Assembly (NCBI GenBank): GCA_964503955.1
Contig: CAZDCG010000001.1
Span: forward strand, 173,804 to 237,803
DNA: 64,000 bases
Direction: 5' to 3'
Source of the DNA: an uncultured Gammaproteobacteria bacterium
GTDB taxonomy: Bacteria; Patescibacteriota; Patescibacteriia; VMEV01; CAYQCH01
This document shows positions 18,772 through 27,281 of this stretch, one piece after another. The notes below the pieces were generated by a model. That model was not told where the DNA came from, did not search any database, and saw nothing but the letters and a program-made list of their open reading frames with translations. Position 1 is the stretch's first letter; each line of letters opens with the position of its first letter. The position numbers and the translations under genes are program-made.

Positions 18772-19437
18772 ATGCTCAGCCAGGCCAAAATCAAACAGAT
18801 CAAACAACTACACCACAAAAGAGGCCGCCAGGAACACGGCCTCTGTCTTGTGGAAGGAGAGAAGCTCGTGTCTGAGCTTCAAGACAAACTACTGTACACT
18901 TTTACACCGGCGGATACCGAGGTCTTTCATGAACTCGTCACCACAACTACCCCGCAGCAAATCGCCGGTGTGGCCAAGATTCCCGAATGGAGTCTTGATG
19001 ACGTGCAAAGCCGCAATCGCATTGTGCTCTTAGACGGCGTGCAGGATCCAGGAAACGTAGGAGCGATCGCCAGACTTTGCCAGGCATTCGCCGCGTCCAT
19101 GATTCTTGTCAACGCGGCTGACATGGCAAGCCCTAAGGTCATCCGCTCTTCAGCCGGCGCGGTCTTTCACATTCCCTGGAGAGAATTGACTCCAACAGCA
19201 GCTGAAGACTTCGTAAAAAATTCCGAAAAATCTGTTTATAGGATGGAGCAGCAAACCGACGCAATACCTTATGCGCGGGCGGATCTGCATTCATGCATCC
19301 TTATTGCCGGCTCGGAAGGAAGAGGCATTTCCTTGAACACGGATTCACCTTCTTTGTTTATTCCGCATGAAAAAAGCCTGGAATCACTGAATGTTGCTCA
19401 GGCGGTTGGCATCGTGCTTGCGCGCGCATACAGTTAA
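18772..19437 (+). CDS. TrmH/SpoU family RNA 2'-O-methyltransferase
   Basis: The 221-aa ORF has SPOUT motifs (LLDGVQDPGNVGAIARLCQAFAAS, ILIAGSEGRGIS, ESLNVAQAVGIVLA). Confidence 0.85.
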   Translation: MLSQAKIKQIKQLHHKRGRQEHGLCLVEGEKLVSELQDKLLYTFTPADTEVFHELVTTTTPQQIAGVAKIPEWSLDDVQSRNRIVLLDGVQDPGNVGAIARLCQAFAASMILVNAADMASPKVIRSSAGAVFHIPWRELTPTAAEDFVKNSEKSVYRMEQQTDAIPYARADLHSCILIAGSEGRGISLNTDSPSLFIPHEKSLESLNVAQAVGIVLARAYS

Positions 19438-21485
19438 TTAACTAGCCTGCGTCTCATGCCGCCTTCGGGGATTTCAACAAAAAAAGTCGTCCCTTTATTG
19501 AGTTCGGATGTAAATGAAATTGAAAGGCCAGTCAGGTCCGCAATCATTTTGGTAATGTACAACCCAAGTCCGGTTCCCTCAACTTTTGCCTTGACATTGT
19601 CTGCCCTGAACAACCCTTCAAACACTCTCTGCTGATCTTCTTTAGGGATACCATATCCCGTATCCTCTACAGCAAGAATCGCTCCTCTTCCTTTCTTGTC
19701 AATCCTAATCGTGATCTGCCCTTTTTCCGGCGTATACTTAACCGCGTTGGAGATAATGTTGTTTATGACCGTGGTAAACAAATCAGGATCCAGCATCATC
19801 AGAGGTGTTCGTTCGTCATAGGCAGTGAGCACATCCAATTTCTTCTCCTTGATTTGCAAATCAAATGATGAGAGAACATCTTGGATAAGATCTCTTGCAT
19901 CCAGCAATTCAGCGTGGACATCAATGATTCCACGTTCAAGCTGAACCGACCTCAACATACCCCCTATGATGGCGGCCATTCGTTCTCCTGCCTCCGCAAT
20001 TTTTTTCACAGCTTCTTTTTGCTTTTTAGGAATTTTCCCAAATGTGCCGGACAACAGCATGTCTGAGTACCCGTTAATTGCTGTAATTGGCGTCCGAAGT
20101 TCATGTGAAGCCAGGGAGGCAAACTCTTCTCTGATCCGCAAATAGTCCTTTTCGGCAGTGACATCGCGAAAAACCACAATCGCACCCGTTATTCTCCCGT
20201 CAGCATCAAAGAGAGGGGTGGCGGCATCGCTCACCGGGAGTGTGGAACCATCACGCTTTACAAGCAATATATCCTGCGGCATATCCGAGGGCTTTCCGTA
20301 GAGCATGGTCTCTTCGATAAACGCGATGTTCTCTTGGCGGTCATGTTCATTCACAAAACGCACAAACTCTCTGAAGGGTTTCCCAATAACCTCTTGCAGT
20401 TTCCAGCCGGTCAACTCCGCTGCTTTTGGATTCCAAAGTGTGATGTTCCAAAAACGATCAATCGCAAAAACCGCATCGCCAATGTTTTGGAGATAGGCTT
20501 CATCCCTGCGGTGATATTCTGACATGCGTCTCACCACCCTCAACACAAACAGAGCAAGTACTGTGCCGACCACGATGACAAATCCATTGACGACAAGCAG
20601 AATGAGCGTCGCCCGACTACGCTCTTTGAAAAACGTATCCCGATCATGCTCAAGAACAACCGACCACTCATGCCCCTGTATCGGGACCGTCACAATGACG
20701 GCATCGTTACCTGAAACAGGATCGGTCAATTCATACACGGCATCCTGACGCATCGAAACGTAAGGATGAAACGAGTTGATCTCTGAATTTGCACTCGTGA
20801 TGACGTTGCCTTGCCCGTCGACCAGGTGCATCACGCCATCCTGGTGCTTCTCACTGAGCCATTGTCCGATCCGGCTCGTTTCGAGTTCAAGCACTAGATA
20901 GCCAAGGATCACTTCCGTTTCATGTTCACGAACAGGAACCGTAATCGAGACAACGTTCATTCTTGGTTGCGACAACCTCTGGTACACGCCCGACACAACC
21001 GCCCCCCCCGAGTCAACGGCAAGCTGGAACCAGGGCTGAAAGCTTTTATCTCTGCCGGATATACCGGTTAAGTGCGGAGTATCAACCTTCACCAAGCCTT
21101 CAGGGTCAAGCACCAAAACATGTGTAATATCGGTAAAATCACGGGGAATATCTTGCATAAGCGCGCCGGCATCTTCCCACTCGCCGGTTCTAATCATAGC
21201 CTGAAATTGTCGCCGATTTGCTGCAGAAATCGCTATGGAAGCAACCCTATCCAGATTGCTTTTTACAACGAACGCGTTGGTTCTCATTTGAGCCAGATGC
21301 TGCTCACGAGCGCTCTCAGAAATCCTGACATAAGCATTAGAGGTTGCGAAAAAAAAGACGGCCGTAAGCGGCACAAGAATCAGCATCAAAAAAATCGTTT
21401 CGGCAAAAACACGGCCACGATTAGGCCTGAAAAAATAATGAACAAGCTTATCAAACCAACTGAGTTTTTGGGACATAGTGTCCAC
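19434..21485 (-). CDS. sensor histidine kinase with an extracytoplasmic Cache-like domain plus PAS domain
   Basis: The 683-aa ORF has two transmembrane segments flanking a periplasmic domain. A PAS domain follows, then HisKA (ASHELRTPITAINGYSDML) and HATPase_c (DTGYGIP...GTGLGLYI). Confidence 0.85.
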   Translation of the reverse strand: MDTMSQKLSWFDKLVHYFFRPNRGRVFAETIFLMLILVPLTAVFFFATSNAYVRISESAREQHLAQMRTNAFVVKSNLDRVASIAISAANRRQFQAMIRTGEWEDAGALMQDIPRDFTDITHVLVLDPEGLVKVDTPHLTGISGRDKSFQPWFQLAVDSGGAVVSGVYQRLSQPRMNVVSITVPVREHETEVILGYLVLELETSRIGQWLSEKHQDGVMHLVDGQGNVITSANSEINSFHPYVSMRQDAVYELTDPVSGNDAVIVTVPIQGHEWSVVLEHDRDTFFKERSRATLILLVVNGFVIVVGTVLALFVLRVVRRMSEYHRRDEAYLQNIGDAVFAIDRFWNITLWNPKAAELTGWKLQEVIGKPFREFVRFVNEHDRQENIAFIEETMLYGKPSDMPQDILLVKRDGSTLPVSDAATPLFDADGRITGAIVVFRDVTAEKDYLRIREEFASLASHELRTPITAINGYSDMLLSGTFGKIPKKQKEAVKKIAEAGERMAAIIGGMLRSVQLERGIIDVHAELLDARDLIQDVLSSFDLQIKEKKLDVLTAYDERTPLMMLDPDLFTTVINNIISNAVKYTPEKGQITIRIDKKGRGAILAVEDTGYGIPKEDQQRVFEGLFRADNVKAKVEGTGLGLYITKMIADLTGLSISFTSELNKGTTFFVEIPEGGMRRRLVN

Positions 21486-21490
21486 GGGTT

Positions 21491-21889
21491 TTATTTTTCT
21501 TTTGGCTCAAAGTTCAAAGCAATTGAGTTGATGCAATAGCGCTGTCCGGTTGTTTCCTGAGGACCGTCGTCAAAGACATGTCCAAGATGGCTGTTGCAAT
21601 TTTTGCAAAGTACTTCGACCCGATGCATACCATGGTTGTCATCAGGCTGCAAAATAACATGCTCCATGTTTTCAGGGCGGTCAAAACTCGGCCAGCCGCT
21701 TCCGGATTCAAATTTCGCATCTGAAGAAAACAATCGTTGCCCGCAGGCTGCGCATTGATACATGCCGTCCCGGTTCTCTTTATAATATTTCCCGCTGAAT
21801 GGAGCTTCCGTGCCTTTCTCCCGCAAAACCTTATATTGCTGCGGGCTGAGTTTTTCGCGGAATTCTTCGTCGGAGCAGACATTTGGCAT
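21491..21889 (-). CDS. msrB: peptide-methionine (R)-S-oxide reductase MsrB
   Basis: The 132-aa ORF has the SelR fold with CxxC pairs (YQCAACGQRLF... CKNCNSHLGHVFDDGP). Confidence 0.9.
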   Translation of the reverse strand: MPNVCSDEEFREKLSPQQYKVLREKGTEAPFSGKYYKENRDGMYQCAACGQRLFSSDAKFESGSGWPSFDRPENMEHVILQPDDNHGMHRVEVLCKNCNSHLGHVFDDGPQETTGQRYCINSIALNFEPKEK

Positions 21890-21942
21890 ATGAGGCGATG
21901 ATTTCCTTTAGTATAGCGGATACTCCATTGAAACGACAGCGG

Positions 21943-22245
21943 TTATTCTTCGCGGCGCACGAATTTGAAAAAGCGGCTCTCTTCTCCTGATGCAAGCTCC
22001 TCCTGGTATAAAAAGGCAAGATTTCTCGATTCAAAAATGTCAAAAAACTCTTCCCAGGGTATCGGCTCCAGGCTCTCTTCGCCAGCGCCTCCGGGAAAAT
22101 CGATCCTGAGAATCCCTTCTCCTTCCTGTTCGCCAACGCATTTTACTTTCGCAGGGCGGCCGTCTCTGGACTCCACCCAGGCGCGGATTTCATTATGGTC
22201 CGTGGTTGTTTTTGCTTCATGCGGCATAGTAATGGTTGCTACCAT
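21943..22245 (-). CDS. hypothetical protein
   Basis: The 100-aa acidic ORF lies directly upstream of msrB on the same strand. Confidence 0.45.
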   Translation of the reverse strand: MVATITMPHEAKTTTDHNEIRAWVESRDGRPAKVKCVGEQEGEGILRIDFPGGAGEESLEPIPWEEFFDIFESRNLAFLYQEELASGEESRFFKFVRREE

Positions 22246-22340
22246 GCCCCCATTCGTTTCCTTTCCTTTTTGCCGTTTGAAGTGTCAAACAATGACGATG
22301 TCTGCAGATACGGGATGAACCGGTATTAGTACGGACGCTT

Positions 22341-22946
22341 ATGGACGAAGCAAAGGCATCCGCGCTCAGACAAATTGCCGAGGAGCTGAAATCCTCTCCC
22401 TGTCCGCTTCGAAGGAAGGGAGTTGTTCCCGTTGCCGGAGAAGGCAACCCGGATGCTGACGTGCTCTTTCTTGGCGAAGCTCCTGGCAGAGCGGAAAATG
22501 AACAAGGACGGCCATTTGTCGGGGCGGCAGGCAAGATCTTTGACGATTTGCTGCGAGTGGCAGGGCTTTTACGGACAGATGTTTTTATCACAAGCATTGA
22601 AAAATTCCACCCTCCTCAAAACCGCGCTCCGACGCGAAACGAAATCGCCGCCTGCCTTCCCTACCTTCAATCGCAAATCGCGATCATCAAGCCGACCCTG
22701 ATTGTGACCCTTGGCAGGCATGCATTGCAAGTCATGCTTGAATGGGACGGCGAACCGATTCCGCTCCCCTCTATGGACCTGATGCATGGCAAAATAATTC
22801 TGCTTTCCTCGGGATTGACTTGCTATGCCGTTCATCACCCGGCAGCTGTTTTGCACCAGAGAAAGCTTAAGCCGCTGCTGGAACAGGATTTCGCTCGCAT
22901 TCCAAAAATCGTTGCCTCGCTGACGCATATTTCATCCGACGTATGA
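22341..22946 (+). CDS. uracil-DNA glycosylase, family 4
   Basis: The 201-aa ORF has the GEAPG motif (LFLGEAPGRAENEQGRPFVGAAGK) and a C-terminal HHPAAVL. Confidence 0.85.
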   Translation: MDEAKASALRQIAEELKSSPCPLRRKGVVPVAGEGNPDADVLFLGEAPGRAENEQGRPFVGAAGKIFDDLLRVAGLLRTDVFITSIEKFHPPQNRAPTRNEIAACLPYLQSQIAIIKPTLIVTLGRHALQVMLEWDGEPIPLPSMDLMHGKIILLSSGLTCYAVHHPAAVLHQRKLKPLLEQDFARIPKIVASLTHISSDV

Positions 22947-23689
22947 AGATTCCCGCTTGGAAAACGCGTATTCATATCGGCACATCAGGATGGAATTATG
23001 CAGACTGGAAAGGCACATTCTATCCCGGCGGACTGCCGCAAAAATCCTGGCTGGCCCACTATGCGCGAACCTTTCAGACCGTCGAAATAAACGCGACATT
23101 TTACCGAATCCCTTCAAAGAACGTTATCCGCTCATGGAAACAAGCCGTGCCGGAACAGTTTATTTTTTCCTGCAAAGCGCATCGCATGACCACGCATGTC
23201 AAAAAATTGCGAAGCCCAAAAGAAACCATCAAGCCGTATCTTTCTGTCATCAGGGGTTTACGGCCGAAGCTCGGCCCCATTCTGATTCAGCTTCCTCCAA
23301 GCCTGAAACATAACCAACAGCGGCTGGATCAATGTTTGCGCGCCCTGCCCAAAAACCACCGCTTTGCATTCGAGTTTAGAAATCCAAGCTGGTTTAACAA
23401 TGAAGTACGCGCATCATTGCAAAAGCATCACTGCGCATTTGTGATCTACCACATGGCAGGCCAGAAAACGCCGCATTGGGTGACAACCGACTTTGTTTAT
23501 ATTCGGATGCACGGCGCTTCAGGAAAATACCAGGGTAAATATCAGAAGCGGGATCTAGGCAAATGGGCCGAGCGCATACAGCAATGGGCCAAAACAAAAA
23601 AAGATGTCTATTGCTACTTTAATAATGACCCGCATGCCCATGCGCCCATAAACGCGCAGGAACTCAAACAGCTGCTTGGAATCGCTTAA
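22943..23689 (+). CDS. DUF72 domain protein
   Basis: The 248-aa ORF begins IGTSGWNYADWKGTFYP...FQTVEINATFYRIP, the DUF72 signature. It overlaps the UDG gene by 4 nt (ATGA). Confidence 0.85.
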   Translation: MKIPAWKTRIHIGTSGWNYADWKGTFYPGGLPQKSWLAHYARTFQTVEINATFYRIPSKNVIRSWKQAVPEQFIFSCKAHRMTTHVKKLRSPKETIKPYLSVIRGLRPKLGPILIQLPPSLKHNQQRLDQCLRALPKNHRFAFEFRNPSWFNNEVRASLQKHHCAFVIYHMAGQKTPHWVTTDFVYIRMHGASGKYQGKYQKRDLGKWAERIQQWAKTKKDVYCYFNNDPHAHAPINAQELKQLLGIA

Positions 23690-24513
23690 GTAAGGAAAAG
23701 CATGGATCTTGAACTCACTCGTATCTGCAGCTTATTGCTTTGCACCGAAATGCCGTCAAATGTCATTGGCAGCGGCAAGGACGACTGAACAAGCAGAGAG
23801 TCGATTTCTATGGCGGGCATTCCATTCACGCCCTCTTGTATTTGCCGTACATAGTCTCGCAAAAGCGACAACATCCCTCCTTCATGGATATGCAGGCAAA
23901 GCTTCTCAGCCCCCGCATCCATTAGAAACGCGGATAATTCCTGCCCATGCAATCGCACCCAGGCCATTCCGCAGGATCCGGTTACCGTCACGGAATTCCG
24001 CCGCAAAGCCGCGCGGCACTTTCGTGCAAACGTTGATTCGTTCGTCAGCATATGCATGCATTTAGGAGCCCAGCCGATTCTCAGGCTTGAGATGAAATAT
24101 CCATGCTGGCTTTCTCCCTGAAACTCGCCTAAAAACACGCGCTCAGGTTTTGGCTGCATGAGCCTTGCCACAGCTTGCTCAATATCTTTTGAAATACCGA
24201 GCCGCTTAACCGAGTGCATCACGCTGCCGCATGGCAAAATCCCGACAGGACCGCAATCAAAAGGAAGGCCATTGACCACCTCATGCAATGTTCCGTCCCC
24301 GCCTGCCACCAATACGCCTTTGTAGCGGCCTCCTTCGTTGCGCGCCACATCCGTGGTATCCTGCCGAGATTTCGTGACGACCGCCCGCACATTCAGCGCG
24401 TGCTTTTTACAAAGCACAAGCAGGTCAGGAAGCAGCACGCGGCAGGTTCGAGAAAGCAAAAAACGTTTCCTGCCGGCTTTGGGATTATAAATCAGCAGAT
24501 AAGAGGATTTCAT
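23686..24513 (-). CDS. diacylglycerol/lipid kinase catalytic domain protein (YegS/DAGK_cat family)
   Basis: It begins MKSSYLLIYNPKAGRKRF and carries VLVAGGDGTLHEVVNGL (GGDG motif). Confidence 0.75.
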   Translation of the reverse strand: MKSSYLLIYNPKAGRKRFLLSRTCRVLLPDLLVLCKKHALNVRAVVTKSRQDTTDVARNEGGRYKGVLVAGGDGTLHEVVNGLPFDCGPVGILPCGSVMHSVKRLGISKDIEQAVARLMQPKPERVFLGEFQGESQHGYFISSLRIGWAPKCMHMLTNESTFARKCRAALRRNSVTVTGSCGMAWVRLHGQELSAFLMDAGAEKLCLHIHEGGMLSLLRDYVRQIQEGVNGMPAIEIDSLLVQSSLPLPMTFDGISVQSNKLQIRVSSRSMLFLT

Positions 24514-24555
24514 ATCTCCTACATACCCCCTCACCAGCAAGTCTCTCTCAACAGC

Positions 24556-24768
24556 TCACTTTGCATGTCCGCGCTGCTTATGGTGTTTCATCACCGTGCG
24601 CGCAGCCACCTCTTTTTCCCTTCCTTTATACCGCCCGGTTTTTCTCGCACTGTTCTTTATATGTTCATACTCCCGCTGCTCCTTTTTGCTCAGGCTGGCT
24701 ATGGGATTGTTTCGTTTGGATGGCTTTGATCGTGATTGTTTTGGCATAACCACCCGTATATACACCAA
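24556..24768 (-). CDS. small highly basic hypothetical protein
   Basis: The 70-aa Lys/Arg-rich ORF lies upstream of the lipid kinase on the same strand. There is no recognisable domain. Confidence 0.3.
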   Translation of the reverse strand: MVYIRVVMPKQSRSKPSKRNNPIASLSKKEQREYEHIKNSARKTGRYKGREKEVAARTVMKHHKQRGHAK

Positions 24769-24813
24769 ATGATCTTAGAACATCCTGCAAAATGAGCTGT
24801 ATTAGAGATTGAT

Positions 24814-25296
24814 ATGAAATGGCTTTACCTCATCATTCCATTGCTGGCTTTAACTCCTCTTTCAGAGGTTTTTGCCCACTCTGGGAGCAGCTGCGGTTCT
24901 TGCAGCGGATACGGCGGATATCCTGATTATGGGCGCTACGCGAATATTCCAAGATATGGCGGCTATTACCCAGGATACGGAGGGTATCCTCGCCACGGCG
25001 GGTATCCTGGATATGGCTACTATGGGTATCTCCCCCGGTTCGGTGAACAGTACGAAGGAGATTTCCGCCGCGGACAGGGTTCAGATTTCTTCTTTGATGA
25101 TCGCCTAGACCAGTTCAATCGTTCAAATCTCCGCTTTGATCCCTACCGGGGATTTAAAGGGTTTGATCCAAGACCGATTGACGGATTTCAGCATGACCGG
25201 CTTGACCGCTATAACTATCTTTACCAGCCTCAGGAAATTTATCAGGGATTTAAAGGGTTTGAACGGAGCTTTGGCCGTTTCCCCGGAGACCGCTAG
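24814..25296 (+). CDS. secreted Gly/Tyr/Pro-rich low-complexity protein
   Basis: It has a signal peptide (MKWLYLIIPLLALTPLSEVFA), then GYGGYPDYGRYANIPRYGGYYPGYGGYPRHGGYPGYGYYGY repeats, then a DRLD/FKGF repeat region. Confidence 0.6.
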   Translation: MKWLYLIIPLLALTPLSEVFAHSGSSCGSCSGYGGYPDYGRYANIPRYGGYYPGYGGYPRHGGYPGYGYYGYLPRFGEQYEGDFRRGQGSDFFFDDRLDQFNRSNLRFDPYRGFKGFDPRPIDGFQHDRLDRYNYLYQPQEIYQGFKGFERSFGRFPGDR

Positions 25297-25299
25297 TGT

Positions 25300-25782
25300 A
25301 TGAAAAAGCAAATCTTTTTTTTGATCGCACCGTTCCTCGCTCTGCCGGGGCTCAGCCAGGCTCAATCTCCGTATGGGCCTCCATACAACCCGTCTTATCC
25401 AGCTGACATCCCCATCAACGGGGAGCCTTCATACCAGCAGAATCCTTACGAGCAAACCCCATGCAGCGAAACGAGGGATACCTATACGCCGCGGCCAAGA
25501 GATGTCTATTACCCAAACCAGGGATTGCCGGACGGTGACGATCTTTTCCGCAACCCCGAAGAATTTGTCAGGCGCAGAAACGAATATTATCGAGCGAATC
25601 CCCACGTACCAGGCGATGGTTTTTTCGTGCCGGAAGAGCAACCCCCTTACCGCAGGCATCCGCAGCTTCCTCCTCCGCATTTCTACCCGCAGGACCCTTG
25701 GCAGCCGCAGCCGTATCCGCCACTTCCGCCGCCTCGCTTCTGTTGTTTCCTGATGCCTCCCGGCTATCAGCAGCCGTACTGA
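25300..25782 (+). CDS. secreted Pro/Tyr-rich low-complexity protein
   Basis: It has a signal peptide (MKKQIFFLIAPFLALPGLSQA), then PYGPPYNPSYP... and a PQPYPPLPPPRF tail. It is 160 aa, the same length as its upstream neighbour. Confidence 0.6.
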   Translation: MKKQIFFLIAPFLALPGLSQAQSPYGPPYNPSYPADIPINGEPSYQQNPYEQTPCSETRDTYTPRPRDVYYPNQGLPDGDDLFRNPEEFVRRRNEYYRANPHVPGDGFFVPEEQPPYRRHPQLPPPHFYPQDPWQPQPYPPLPPPRFCCFLMPPGYQQPY

Positions 25783-25793
25783 CCGCGAAAATC

Positions 25794-25821
25794 TTGACAA
25801 AACGCCAAAATATGCTATACT
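25794..25821 (+). promoter_or_regulatory. sigma70-type promoter for the RRM gene
   Basis: A TTGACA -35 box, 16-nt spacer and TATACT -10 box. It lies about 80 nt upstream of the ATG at 25900. Confidence 0.6.
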
Positions 25822-25899
25822 CCGAGCGTTACCTTACCTGTTTTGTTTCATGACAAATGGGGATGGTGCTCTTTATTATTAAGCAAGACTCCTCTTGTT

Positions 25900-26151
25900 A
25901 TGCAAAACAAGTTGTTCGTCGGTGGCCTTCCATGGTCTACAACCGACCAGGAGCTTCAGGACCTCTTCGCCCAGCACGGGCAGGTGGTTTCTGCACGCGT
26001 TGTAACCGACCGTGAAACCGGAAAAAGCCGAGGCTTTGGTTTCGTGGAAATGGCTTCAGACGCAGAAGCTCAGACAGCTATCGACGCACTGGACGGCAGC
26101 GAAGCGCTCGGACGAGCGATTTCTGTCAACGTTGCTCGACCAAAAGCGTAA
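25900..26151 (+). CDS. RNA-binding protein, RRM domain
   Basis: It has RNP2 (KLFVGGL) and RNP1 (SRGFGFVEM) motifs and is 83 aa from MQNK. Confidence 0.85.
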   Translation: MQNKLFVGGLPWSTTDQELQDLFAQHGQVVSARVVTDRETGKSRGFGFVEMASDAEAQTAIDALDGSEALGRAISVNVARPKA

Positions 26152-26173
26152 ACGGCTTTGGTAAGATAGCAGG

Positions 26174-26206
26174 AAAAAACCGTCCCATTCGGGGCGGTTT
26201 TTTCAT
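26174..26206 (+). terminator. Rho-independent terminator
   Basis: The hairpin is aaaaccgtccc attc ggggcggtttt, followed by a T-run. Confidence 0.7.
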
Positions 26207-26314
26207 TGGCTTTTTGTCTCGCTTTGATGACAAAACCTTCTTGTGCGCGGCCGTGTCTGCAAACATTTCCTTAAAGCTTCTGTAATGAGAATCAGAAGTG
26301 GAGGACCAACTCTT

Positions 26315-26773
26315 ATGAACAAGAAAGATATTCTTGCGTTAATCAAACGTGATCATGAGGATGTCCAGGAACTCTTTGAAAAGCTCTCAGAGGAAACTGA
26401 CAAAGAAACCGCTTATGACCGGTTCAGTCTGCTCAAGCAAATGCTTCTCGCACATACGATCGGTGAAGAAAAAACCGTTTACCAGCGGCTCGAACAAGAC
26501 ACATCCGACGAGATTCGTGAATACAAACAAGAACACGGCGAGGCGGAGGAATTGCTTAATGAAATGGAGAATGCGGCCCCGCTCTCGGAAGAATGGCAAG
26601 ACAATCTGGATGAGCTGAAACAAATCGTGCTGCATCATGTGCAGGAAGAAGAGGGGGAATTCTTCAAACGCGTGGAAGACCTCTGCGACGAAAAAGAGCG
26701 CCAAGAGCTGGGCGAGCAATTCGAGCAGGAAAAAGAAACATTCAAATCAAATATGAAAGAAGTTGAATCTTAA
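26315..26773 (+). CDS. hemerythrin HHE cation-binding domain protein
   Basis: GGAGGA lies 9 nt upstream of the ATG. His/Glu motifs typical of the hemerythrin-like fold are present (IKRDHEDVQELF... HTIGEEKTVY... HHVQEEEGEFF). Confidence 0.7.
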   Translation: MNKKDILALIKRDHEDVQELFEKLSEETDKETAYDRFSLLKQMLLAHTIGEEKTVYQRLEQDTSDEIREYKQEHGEAEELLNEMENAAPLSEEWQDNLDELKQIVLHHVQEEEGEFFKRVEDLCDEKERQELGEQFEQEKETFKSNMKEVES

Positions 26774-26782
26774 CCCCTGCCT

Positions 26783-27226
26783 ATGAGAAACGGAAACGGA
26801 GCAACACTTGTCGCCTGGATCGCACTGGTCGTGGCCGTCATCGCCCTGATCGTTGGCTGGAGCGCCTATGCACGAGGAGATCAAAGCATCCGCCGGTACG
26901 CCCAGGATCAGTTCAACAGCTGGGACAACCGGTTTGATTCCTGGCAGGCGGACATGGCTTTGCGCGGCGCCGCAGAGGATTTACGCGACATCCGCCGCGC
27001 GATTGAAAATGAGGACGATCAACAAGACATACAGGAAGATATGGACGACCTGCGGGATGATCTCAGAGATGTCGCGGCTGATCTTGAGGGAGATGAAGCG
27101 CAGCCGGTCAGAGAAATCGAACAAGGCGTTCTGGAATTGGCCGGGCAATGGAAACAAGATGCGCAGCAGGCAATTTCCCGGATCGATCAGCTGCTGCAAG
27201 ACATTGACCGCGCGCTTGCCCGGTAA
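26783..27226 (+). CDS. hypothetical membrane-anchored acidic coiled-coil protein
   Basis: It has one N-terminal transmembrane helix, then DDLRDDLRDVAADLEGDE repeats. Confidence 0.45.
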   Translation: MRNGNGATLVAWIALVVAVIALIVGWSAYARGDQSIRRYAQDQFNSWDNRFDSWQADMALRGAAEDLRDIRRAIENEDDQQDIQEDMDDLRDDLRDVAADLEGDEAQPVREIEQGVLELAGQWKQDAQQAISRIDQLLQDIDRALAR

Positions 27227-27227
27227 A

Positions 27228-27262
27228 AAACATCGCCCCGCAAGGGCGATGTTTTGGTTATT
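27228..27262. terminator. bidirectional Rho-independent terminator
   Basis: The stem is catcgccc cgcaa gggcgatg, with T/A runs on both sides. Confidence 0.55.
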
Positions 27263-27281
27263 GAAAGAGAGCAGAACGATG

